Shown here: piece by piece, positions 17,323 to 24,928 of the stretch
Position numbering within the stretch: the stretch's first letter is position 1
Layout of the letters: every line of letters begins with the position of its first letter
Assembly: GCF_010179735.1 (NCBI RefSeq)
Contig: NZ_JAAEEH010000037.1
Location: 1-27,340, forward strand
Reading direction: 5' to 3'
From: Anaerotalea alkaliphila
GTDB taxonomy: Bacteria; Bacillota; Clostridia; Lachnospirales; Vallitaleaceae
Length of the DNA stretch: 27,340 nt
The notes under the pieces: model-generated
What the model was told of the DNA's origin: nothing
Database searches by the model: none
What the model saw: only the letters and a program-made list of their open reading frames with translations
Made by a program: the position numbers and the translations under genes

Positions 17323-18774
17323 ATGCCGGCGAATTTTGAACTGCTTGTGGCGGTAACCGTGCTGATCGTAGTCGTATTCACAACCCTGGTCGCCCTTTTG
17401 TCCAGGTACCGCAAATGCCCCTCGGACAAGATCATGGTCATTTACGGGAAAATAGGGAAGGGGACGGCGGAAGGCCAGCATAGTTCCCGGTGCGTCCATG
17501 GGGGCGCCTCCTTCATCTGGCCGGTGATCCAGAGCTACCAGTACCTGAGCCTGACCCCGGTCTCCATCAACGTGGACCTGCGCAACGCGCTCTCCAAGCA
17601 GAACATCCGGATCGACGTGCCCTCCAGGTTCACCGTGGGCATCTCCACGGAGCCCGGCATCATGCAGAATGCGGCCGAGCGTCTCCTGGGGCTGAAACAG
17701 CTGGAGATCGAAGACCTGGCCAAGGACATCATCTTCGGACAGCTCCGTCTGGTGGTGGCCACCATGGACATCGAGGAAATCAACACCGACAGGGACAAGT
17801 TCCTGGAAGCCGTCTCCCGGAACGTGGAGTCGGAACTGAAGAAGATCGGCCTGCGGCTGATCAACGTGAACGTCACGGACATCAAGGACGAATCGGGATA
17901 CATCGAGGCTCTGGGCAAGGAGGCCGCGGCCAAGGCCATCAACGACGCCAAGAAGAGCGTGGCGGAGAAGAACAGGGACGGTTCCATCGGACAGGCCCAG
18001 GCCAACCAGGACGAGCGGATCCAGGTGGCGGAAGCGGACTCCCTGGCCATCCGCGGGGAGAACGAGGCCAAGGTCACCATCGCCAACTCGGATTCCGAGC
18101 GGCGGGAGCGGGAGGCGGAAGCCCTGCGGCGGGCAATGGCGGCGGAAAAGGTCCAGGCGGCCAAGGCCCTCCAGGAATCCTACGAGGCGGAAAAGCATGC
18201 CGAGCTGGTCCGTGCGGACAGGGAGAAGGCCACCAAGGAAGCCGACATCATCGTAACCGCGGAAATCCAGAAGCGGGAGATGGAGATCCAGGCCGAGGCC
18301 GAGGCGGAGCAGATGCGCCGTCGGGCCAACGGGGAAGCGGACGCCATCTACGCCAAGATGGAGGCCCAGGCCCGGGGCATCCAGGCCATCCTCAGCAAGC
18401 AGGCTTCCGGCTTCACGGAACTGGTGAAGGCCGCGGGCGGGGACGCCAACGACGCCATCCGGCTGCTGCTGGCGGACAAGATGGAGGAGCTGGTCAAGAC
18501 CCAGGTGGAAGCCATCAAGAACATCAAGATCGACAAGGTAACCGTCTGGGACGGCGGCGCCGGCGGCAAGGGCCAGGCCCCTGCCACGGCCAACTTCCTG
18601 TCCGGAATGGTCAAGTCCATCCCCCCCATCAACGACCTCTTCCAGATGGCCGGCATGGAACTACCCTCCTTCCTGGGCAAAGGGCAGGAGGCCCAAGGAT
18701 CCATGGAAAAGGAAATCCAGTCGGACATGGAACAGGATGCAGAACCGGTTTCCAACCCCAGCAAACAACAATGA
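17323..18774 (+). CDS. floT: Flotillin-family SPFH/band-7 protein (FloT/YuaG-like)
   Basis: ORF 17323..18774. It has an N-terminal TM anchor, an SPFH domain and a long Ala/Glu-rich coiled-coil (EA repeats). RBS GGAGGA precedes the ATG. Confidence 0.85.
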   Translation: MPANFELLVAVTVLIVVVFTTLVALLSRYRKCPSDKIMVIYGKIGKGTAEGQHSSRCVHGGASFIWPVIQSYQYLSLTPVSINVDLRNALSKQNIRIDVPSRFTVGISTEPGIMQNAAERLLGLKQLEIEDLAKDIIFGQLRLVVATMDIEEINTDRDKFLEAVSRNVESELKKIGLRLINVNVTDIKDESGYIEALGKEAAAKAINDAKKSVAEKNRDGSIGQAQANQDERIQVAEADSLAIRGENEAKVTIANSDSERREREAEALRRAMAAEKVQAAKALQESYEAEKHAELVRADREKATKEADIIVTAEIQKREMEIQAEAEAEQMRRRANGEADAIYAKMEAQARGIQAILSKQASGFTELVKAAGGDANDAIRLLLADKMEELVKTQVEAIKNIKIDKVTVWDGGAGGKGQAPATANFLSGMVKSIPPINDLFQMAGMELPSFLGKGQEAQGSMEKEIQSDMEQDAEPVSNPSKQQ

Positions 18775-18803
18775 TGCGGAAGAACCGTCCCCCTGCATCA
18801 CGC
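18772..18803. repeat. Copy of the repeat unit: TGATGCG-GGAAGAACCGTCCCC-CTGCATCACGC. The arms GATGC/GCATC are complementary
   Basis: The core is identical to the palindrome arms at 10762-10831. It starts inside the flotillin stop codon and is immediately followed by a terminator. Confidence 0.8.
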
Positions 18804-18807
18804 AGTC

Positions 18808-18854
18808 GGAACAAAAATGCAGGCCCCTTTTCGAGGGGCCTGCATTTTTGTTCC
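18808..18854. terminator. Bidirectional rho-independent terminator (GGAACAAAAA-TGCAGGCCCC-loop-GGGGCCTGCA-TTTTTGTTCC) between the convergent floT and carboxypeptidase genes
   Basis: Perfect 20-bp palindrome arms including the A and T runs. Confidence 0.85.
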
Positions 18855-18915
18855 ATTACAGGAACGCTTCCATGAGAAATCGGTGCTCAAACGTGGCGGA
18901 GCTGCTTTTTCCGCA

Positions 18916-18950
18916 TTGGTACGGAAGAACCGTCCCCTCGTACCACCCGC
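18916..18950. repeat. Copy of the repeat unit: TTGGTACG-GGAAGAACCGTCCCC-TCGTACCACCCGC. It matches the right arm of the 10762-10831 palindrome at 33/35 positions
   Basis: Direct comparison with 10800-10834. It lies 3-5 nt beyond the minus-strand carboxypeptidase stop codon. Confidence 0.85.
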
Positions 18951-18955
18951 CCAAC

Positions 18956-20323
18956 TCAGTAGTAGGTGGTGGACCTGCCGGTCCGGCGGCGGCGCCAGTA
19001 GAGCTGCCGCCTCTTGCTCCGCACATGGGAGGCGAACAGGAGAAGGAACAGGGCCGCGCCCCCCAGCAGGAGCTTCAGCCCCAGGCCCAGGAGGGAGCCA
19101 CCGAAGGAGCTCCCCCCCGGGCTTTTGCCGCCCGAGGAGAGGGCGGTCCTGCCGTCCTCTTCCCATCCGTACACGACCACGTTCCTGGTGGCCAGAAGGC
19201 GGTCCCCATAGTAATAGGAAACGATTCCCGCCACGTCCCCGGTCCCCACGGTGGAAGCCAGGACCGGGGGCAGGTCCGTCTCCGTCCGGATGCCTGCCAG
19301 GTCTTCATCCGCCCGGAGATACAGGGGGGCGGAGGTTTCCAGGGACAACAGGGCCGTCCGGGGTTGCTCCCGTTCGCTGGAGGAAGGGGATGCGGGCCGG
19401 CTCATGGCCGTCTCCGGCAGAACTGGGGGTGTCTCCACCAGGCTGAAGCCGTAATCCAGCAGCTTGCAGGTCTCCTCGTAGATCTGGCCGGTGGACTCCA
19501 GGACCACGGTGATCAGGGTCCGTCCTTCCCGGCGGGCCACGGTCACCAGGGTGTTCCCGGACATCCTGGTGTAGCCCGTCTTGCCGGCGATCACGTCCTC
19601 CCGGAAAAGGGAGCTGTCCTTCTGGGGGTTCAGCAGCTTGTGCTGCTGGTACAGGTTCCGGCTCTCGCTCTCCAGGTTGGTGGGCCCGATGCTGTAAAAG
19701 TGGTGGCCCATGAACTCCAGAAAAACAGGGTGTCCAAGCAGTTCCCGGGCGACCAGGGCGACATCGTAGGCGGTGCTGTAGTGGTCCTCGTCGGAGAGGC
19801 CGTTGGCGTTCACGAAATGGCTGTCCACAGCCCCCAGCTCCTTGGCCCGCTGGGTCATCATCTCCGCAAAGCCTTCCATGGTGCCCCCCACCCGTTCCGC
19901 CAGGGCGTTGGCCACCTCGTTGGCGGACATCAGGAGCAGGGCGTGGAGGGCCTCCTCCACCGTCAGCACCTCCCCTTCCCGCATGCCGATGTGGCTGCTG
20001 CCCACGGGGATGCTCATCACCGCCAGACGGGAAAAAGGCACCTCATCCGTCAGTTCCAGGTTTTCCAGGACCAGGAGGGTCGTCAGCAGCTTGGTGATGC
20101 TGGCGGGGTACCGCCGGGCGGTGCCGTTCTTCTCGTGGATGACCTCCCCGGTCTCCCCGTCCATCAGCAGATAGGCGCCGGACAGCATGGTGAAGTCCCC
20201 GTCGGGTACGGGGACCGCCTCCCGGGCCGGGAGTTCGGCTCCGCGCACCACAGGGGCGGAGACGAGGAACGACAGCACAAGCAGGACCAGCAAGGGAATG
20301 GACAAGCTTTTCTTTTGAACCAT
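18956..20323 (-). CDS. D-alanyl-D-alanine carboxypeptidase (serine-type, peptidase S11 / low-molecular-weight PBP) with a C-terminal membrane anchor
   Basis: ORF 18956..20422. Start chosen at the ATG at 20323 (MVQKKSLSIPLL...), preceded by RBS GGAAGGAG. It has a signal peptide, the SxxK motif (ASITKLLT), SxN (SANE) and KTG (AGKTGYT), plus a C-terminal hydrophobic segment. A minus-strand promoter (TTGAGT, 17 nt spacer, TATAAT) lies around 20350-20390. Confidence 0.8.
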   Translation of the reverse strand: MVQKKSLSIPLLVLLVLSFLVSAPVVRGAELPAREAVPVPDGDFTMLSGAYLLMDGETGEVIHEKNGTARRYPASITKLLTTLLVLENLELTDEVPFSRLAVMSIPVGSSHIGMREGEVLTVEEALHALLLMSANEVANALAERVGGTMEGFAEMMTQRAKELGAVDSHFVNANGLSDEDHYSTAYDVALVARELLGHPVFLEFMGHHFYSIGPTNLESESRNLYQQHKLLNPQKDSSLFREDVIAGKTGYTRMSGNTLVTVARREGRTLITVVLESTGQIYEETCKLLDYGFSLVETPPVLPETAMSRPASPSSSEREQPRTALLSLETSAPLYLRADEDLAGIRTETDLPPVLASTVGTGDVAGIVSYYYGDRLLATRNVVVYGWEEDGRTALSSGGKSPGGSSFGGSLLGLGLKLLLGGAALFLLLFASHVRSKRRQLYWRRRRTGRSTTYY

Positions 20324-20429
20324 GGGTTGCTCCTTCCGTTTGTTTGCATTATTTCCATTATAGTACAGGAGGGGGAGGGACTCAAGGGATTTGTGAAAAA
20401 AATGCCCGGGAGTCCGGAGCAAATAGGAA

Positions 20430-20458
20430 TTGAAATCACCGGAAAGCTGTGGTATATT
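20430..20458 (+). promoter_or_regulatory. Promoter for nadB-nadC: -35 TTGAAA (20430-20435), 17 nt spacer, -10 TATATT (20453-20458)
   Basis: Read from sequence. The leader 20459-20504 contains the inverted repeat AGACA-N9-TGTCT. Confidence 0.5.
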
Positions 20459-20504
20459 GGAGTTTAAAGTGACAAGACAGCTGGATTGTCTGAAACGGAA
20501 GAGA

Positions 20505-22043
20505 ATGAATATCGAAGCGAAGGTGGATGAGATGCACGAAACCTATGATGTGATAGTGGCGGGCAGCGGCCTGGCGGGACTCTACACGGCCCTGCGGATC
20601 CGGGAAGACCTGCGGGTCCTGGTGGTAACCAAAAAAGATTATATGGCCTCCAATTCCTATCTGGCCCAGGGCGGAATCGCCTGCGTGGTGCCGGGGACGG
20701 GGGACACCCAGGCCCTCCACAAGGAGGACACCATGGTCTGCGGGCACGGAAGCAACAACCGGGAGGCGGTGCGGATCCTGGTGGGGGAAGGTTTCGAGAA
20801 CATCCTGGCCCTGGAGGAGGCCGGCGTCGCCTTCGACAGGGAAGCGGACGGAAGCTACGCCCTGGGGATGGAGGGGGCCCATTCCAGGCACAGGATCCTC
20901 CACTGCAAGGACCATACGGGCAAGAGCGTGCTGGAAGCCCTCTACAGGGAAGCCCGCAGCCGGAAGAACATCCGGTTCAAGGAAAACACCTTCGTGGAGG
21001 AGCTCCTGCTGGAGAAGGGCGTCTGCAGAGGGGTGGCCGTCCAATGGGAAGAGGACGGGAAGCGTGTCCGGAGGTACCTCTACGCCAGGACCGTGGTCAT
21101 GGCCACCGGGGGGATCGGCAAGGCCTTCGGCAACACCACCAACGACCCCACCATCACCGGGGACGGCATCGCCATGGCCCACAGGGCCAAGGCCCGCCTT
21201 AGGGACATGGAGAAGGTCCAGTTCCATCCCACGGTGTTCCAGGACGGCAGCGAGGGGGAGCATTTCCTGATCTCCGAAGCGGTCCGGGGGGAAGGGGCCT
21301 ACCTGCGGAACGCCAAAGGGAAGCGCTTCATGGGAAGGACCCATCCCCAGATGGAGCTGGCCCCCCGGGACGTGGTGAGCCAGGCCATTTTCCGGGAGAT
21401 GGAGCGGGAAGGGAGCAGCCATGTCTGGCTGGACGCCACCCATTTTCCCCCGGGCTTCTTCCGGGAGCACTTCCCCACCATCCATGCCCACTGCATGGAA
21501 CGGGGGATCGACCCGGAGCGGGACTGGATTCCCGTGGCCCCCATGATGCACTACTTCATGGGCGGCATCGAGATCGACCTGCGGGGGAACACCAGCGTGC
21601 CCAGGCTTTACGCCTGCGGGGAGTGCGCCAACACCGGGGTCCACGGACACAACCGGCTGGCCAGCAACTCCCTGCTGGAGGCGCTGGTGTTCGCCAACCG
21701 GATCGCGGCCAAGATCAGCATGACCCTGTCCCGGGACGAGATGGAGGAGAGCCGGGGAAAGGTTCCGGCAGGCTCCAAGGGAATGGCCAGGACGGCCGTC
21801 GATCCACTGAAGAAGGATTTCGCGGCCCTGTTCCTGGGAGGACGGGACAACCGGGCCCTCCTGGACTTCGCCGGACATCTGGCGGAGGCGGGGGCCAAGG
21901 CCCGGGAGTGCCGGGGGGAGGTCCCCGACCAGGAGGCCATGGAACAGTACAACCAGTGGCAGGTCATGGAACAGGTGGCCAGGGCCCTGCTGCAAGAGTG
22001 GAATGTGGAGGGAGAACGGCATGCTGCTACAAGCACATATTGA
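20505..22043 (+). CDS. nadB: L-aspartate oxidase
   Basis: ORF 20430..22043. Start chosen at the ATG at 20505 (MNIEAKVDEMHETYDVIVAGSG...). An alternative start is 20532. It has the FAD-binding GSGLAGL motif and the succinate-dehydrogenase/fumarate-reductase flavoprotein fold (RLYACGECANTGVHGHNRLASNSLLE). Confidence 0.85.
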   Translation: MNIEAKVDEMHETYDVIVAGSGLAGLYTALRIREDLRVLVVTKKDYMASNSYLAQGGIACVVPGTGDTQALHKEDTMVCGHGSNNREAVRILVGEGFENILALEEAGVAFDREADGSYALGMEGAHSRHRILHCKDHTGKSVLEALYREARSRKNIRFKENTFVEELLLEKGVCRGVAVQWEEDGKRVRRYLYARTVVMATGGIGKAFGNTTNDPTITGDGIAMAHRAKARLRDMEKVQFHPTVFQDGSEGEHFLISEAVRGEGAYLRNAKGKRFMGRTHPQMELAPRDVVSQAIFREMEREGSSHVWLDATHFPPGFFREHFPTIHAHCMERGIDPERDWIPVAPMMHYFMGGIEIDLRGNTSVPRLYACGECANTGVHGHNRLASNSLLEALVFANRIAAKISMTLSRDEMEESRGKVPAGSKGMARTAVDPLKKDFAALFLGGRDNRALLDFAGHLAEAGAKARECRGEVPDQEAMEQYNQWQVMEQVARALLQEWNVEGERHAATSTY

Positions 22044-22851
22044 CAGGATCATACAGAACGCCCTGGACGAGGATGTGAGTTACGGGGACATCACCACCCA
22101 GGTCCTCCTGGAACCCACGGACCAGGCATGGGGGAGGCTGCTGGCCAAGGAGGCCGGTACCCTGAGCGGACTGGGGATCTTCGTGCGGGTCTTCGCCCTT
22201 CTGGACCCGGAGGTGGCCGTGACCCTTCATGCCAAGGACGGGGAACGGGTGGAGGCGGGCGCCTGCATCGCCCACATCCAGGGGCCCGCCCAGGCCATCC
22301 TCACCGGGGAGCGTACGGCCCTGAACATCCTCCAGCGGATGTCCGGCATCGCCACCGCCACCCGGGCGCTGGTGGACGCTGCGGCCGGCACCAAAGCCCG
22401 GATCGTGGACACACGGAAGACGGCCCCGGGACTTCGGATCCTGGACAAGGCGGCGGTCCTGGACGGGGGCGGCCGGAACCACCGGTTCAACCTCTCGGAC
22501 GCCGTCATGATCAAGGACAACCACAGCCAGGCGGTGGGAGGCATCCGGCAGGCAGTGGCCGCGGCCCGGGAGAAGATCCCCCACACCATGAAGGTGGAGG
22601 TGGAGGCGGAGACCCTGGAGCAGGTGGCGGAAGCCCTGGAGGCGGGGGCGGACATCATCATGCTGGACAACATGGACCTGCCCGCCATCCGGGAAGCGGT
22701 TGCCCTCATCGGGGGCCGGGCCCTGGTGGAGGCCTCCGGCAACGTGACCCTGGAACGGGTCCGGGAACTGGCGGCCACCGGCGTGGACGTGATCTCCTGC
22801 GGAGCCATCACCCATTCGGTAAAAGCAATGGACATCTCCTTGAAATTCTAG
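22021..22851 (+). CDS. nadC: Nicotinate-nucleotide (quinolinate) phosphoribosyltransferase
   Basis: ORF 22003..22851. Start chosen at the ATG at 22021 (MLLQAHIDRIIQNALDEDV...), preceded by RBS GGAGGGA. It overlaps the nadB 3' end by 23 nt. It has the typical NadC N-terminal and TIM-barrel regions (MIKDNH, IMLDNM). Confidence 0.85.
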   Translation: MLLQAHIDRIIQNALDEDVSYGDITTQVLLEPTDQAWGRLLAKEAGTLSGLGIFVRVFALLDPEVAVTLHAKDGERVEAGACIAHIQGPAQAILTGERTALNILQRMSGIATATRALVDAAAGTKARIVDTRKTAPGLRILDKAAVLDGGGRNHRFNLSDAVMIKDNHSQAVGGIRQAVAAAREKIPHTMKVEVEAETLEQVAEALEAGADIIMLDNMDLPAIREAVALIGGRALVEASGNVTLERVRELAATGVDVISCGAITHSVKAMDISLKF

Positions 22852-22868
22852 GAGGGTCCTTTTTTTTC

Positions 22869-22896
22869 TTGATTTTCAGGAAAAACGGTCTATAAT
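22869..22896 (+). promoter_or_regulatory. Promoter upstream of gyrB: -35 TTGATT (22869-22874), 16 nt spacer, -10 TATAAT (22891-22896), preceded by a T8 run after nadC
   Basis: Read from sequence. Confidence 0.5.
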
Positions 22897-22933
22897 GGGG
22901 GAAGAACATACGTACGAAAGGAAAGGGGTTCTT

Positions 22934-24910
22934 ATGGCAAGGGAATATACGGGCAAGAACATTCAGGTGCTGGAAGGGCTGGAGCCGGTCCGGCTCCGTC
23001 CGGGCATGTACATCGGAAACACGGGCTCCCGGGGGCTGCACCATCTGCTGTGGGAGATCCTGGACAACAGCGTGGACGAGCATCTGGCGGGGGTCTGCGA
23101 CGAGATCCGGGTGGTCCTGGAGAAGGACGGGTCCGTGACCGTGGCCGACAACGGGAGCGGCGTGCCGGTGGACCTCCACGGGAACACCAAGGACTATCCG
23201 GCGTCCCTCTATCCCAACGGGATCTCCACCGCCAGGATCATCTTCACCGTGCTCCATGCCGGGGGGAAGTTCGACAAGGGGGCCTACGGCTATTCCGGAG
23301 GCCTCCACGGGGTGGGGGCCTCGGTGGTGAACGCCCTGTCCGTCCGCTTCAACGTGGAGATCCACCGGGACGGCAGGATCTACCGGGACAGCTATGTGGA
23401 CGGAGGCAAGCCGGCCACAGCCCTTGTGGACGGCACCCTGCCCCCGGCGGGCAGGACCGGCCGGACGGGGACCACGGTGAACTTCCTGCCGGACGAGGGG
23501 ATCTTCGAATCCATCCGCTTCAAGCCCCAGGTGGTGAAGAAGCGGCTGAAGGAGATGGCCTACCTGAACCGGGGCCTGGCCCTGCACTATTCCTGCCTGC
23601 TGGAGGGGCAGGAGGAGGAGGCGGTCTACCACGAGGAGGACGGGGTCCTGGGGTTCATCCGGGAGGTCAACGGGAACAAGGACGTGCTCCACGAGCCCAT
23701 CTTCCATCTCCGGGGAGAGAAGGACGGGGTCCAGGTGGAGGTGGCCTTCCAGTACGCCCGGGAGTTCTCGGAGAACATCTTCTCCTTCTGCAACAACATC
23801 CACACCCAGGAGGAAGGCACCCATGTGGTGGGCTTCAAGATGGCCCTGACCCGCCTGGTGAACCGGTACGCCCGGCAGATTTCTGGGGGCAGGGGCAAGG
23901 AAGGGCTGGAAGGGAAGGACGTGCGCAACGGACTGAACGCCATCCTCTCCGTGAAGGTCCCGGACCCCCAGTTCGAGGGACAGACCAAGACCAAGCTGGG
24001 TAACCCGGAGGTCAAGTCCGCCGTGAACGAAATCTGCCTCCGGGAGTTGGAGCCCCTGTTCGACCGGAACATGGAGGCGGTGGAGAAGATCGTGGAGGGG
24101 GCCCTGCGGTACAACCAGCTCCGCAAGAACGAAGCCAAGGCCCGGAACAACCTTCTGAAGAACCAGTCCAGGATCACCTCCAACGGGAAGCTGGCCTCCT
24201 GCAGGTACAGCCTGAACGAGGCCAAGGGCCACCTGACGGAGCTGTACCTGGTGGAAGGGGATTCCGCCGGCGGGTCGGCCAAGCAGGGCCGGGACCGGCG
24301 CTACCAGGCCATCCTTCCCCTGAAGGGGAAGGTCCTGAACACGGAGCGCTGCTCCCTGGGGAAGATCCTGGAGAACAAGGAGATTGCCACCATCATCAGC
24401 GCCCTGGGAACCGGCTTCGGGGAGGGGCTCTTCGGGGAGGGGCGGCAGGAGGACTTCAACCTAAACAAGCTCAAGTACGACAAGGTCATCATCATGACCG
24501 ACGGGGACGTGGACGGATCCCACATCCGGACCCTGCTGCTCACCTTCTTCTACAGGCACATGCGGGAGCTGCTGGTGGCGGGGAAGGTCTACGTGGCCAT
24601 GCCGCCCCTTTTCAAGGTGAAGGCGGGACGGAAGGAGGCCTACATCTTCAACGAGCGGGAACTGGACAGGTTCCTGAAGGGGGTGAACCGGAACACGGTG
24701 GAGATCCAGCGCTACAAGGGACTGGGGGAGATGAACCCGGAGCAGCTCTGGGAAACCACCATGGATCCGGCCAAGCGGACCCTGAAGCGGGTCACCGTGG
24801 AGGACGGCGCCCGGGCGGAGGAGACCACCACCCTGCTCATGGGGGACAAGGTGCCCCCCCGGCGGGAATTCATCGAGCAGGAGGCGGAGAACGCCAGCAT
24901 CGACCTATAG
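22934..24910 (+). CDS. gyrB: DNA gyrase subunit B (type IIA topoisomerase ATPase subunit)
   Basis: ORF 22895..24910. Start chosen at the ATG at 22934 (MAREYTGKNIQVLEGLEPVRLRPGMYIG...). It has the GHKL ATPase domain, the TOPRIM domain (EGDSAGG, PLKGKVLN) and a GyrB-like C-terminal tail (RREFIEQEAENASIDL). Confidence 0.85.
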   Translation: MAREYTGKNIQVLEGLEPVRLRPGMYIGNTGSRGLHHLLWEILDNSVDEHLAGVCDEIRVVLEKDGSVTVADNGSGVPVDLHGNTKDYPASLYPNGISTARIIFTVLHAGGKFDKGAYGYSGGLHGVGASVVNALSVRFNVEIHRDGRIYRDSYVDGGKPATALVDGTLPPAGRTGRTGTTVNFLPDEGIFESIRFKPQVVKKRLKEMAYLNRGLALHYSCLLEGQEEEAVYHEEDGVLGFIREVNGNKDVLHEPIFHLRGEKDGVQVEVAFQYAREFSENIFSFCNNIHTQEEGTHVVGFKMALTRLVNRYARQISGGRGKEGLEGKDVRNGLNAILSVKVPDPQFEGQTKTKLGNPEVKSAVNEICLRELEPLFDRNMEAVEKIVEGALRYNQLRKNEAKARNNLLKNQSRITSNGKLASCRYSLNEAKGHLTELYLVEGDSAGGSAKQGRDRRYQAILPLKGKVLNTERCSLGKILENKEIATIISALGTGFGEGLFGEGRQEDFNLNKLKYDKVIIMTDGDVDGSHIRTLLLTFFYRHMRELLVAGKVYVAMPPLFKVKAGRKEAYIFNERELDRFLKGVNRNTVEIQRYKGLGEMNPEQLWETTMDPAKRTLKRVTVEDGARAEETTTLLMGDKVPPRREFIEQEAENASIDL

Positions 24911-24928
24911 GGTCCAGGAGGAGACATT

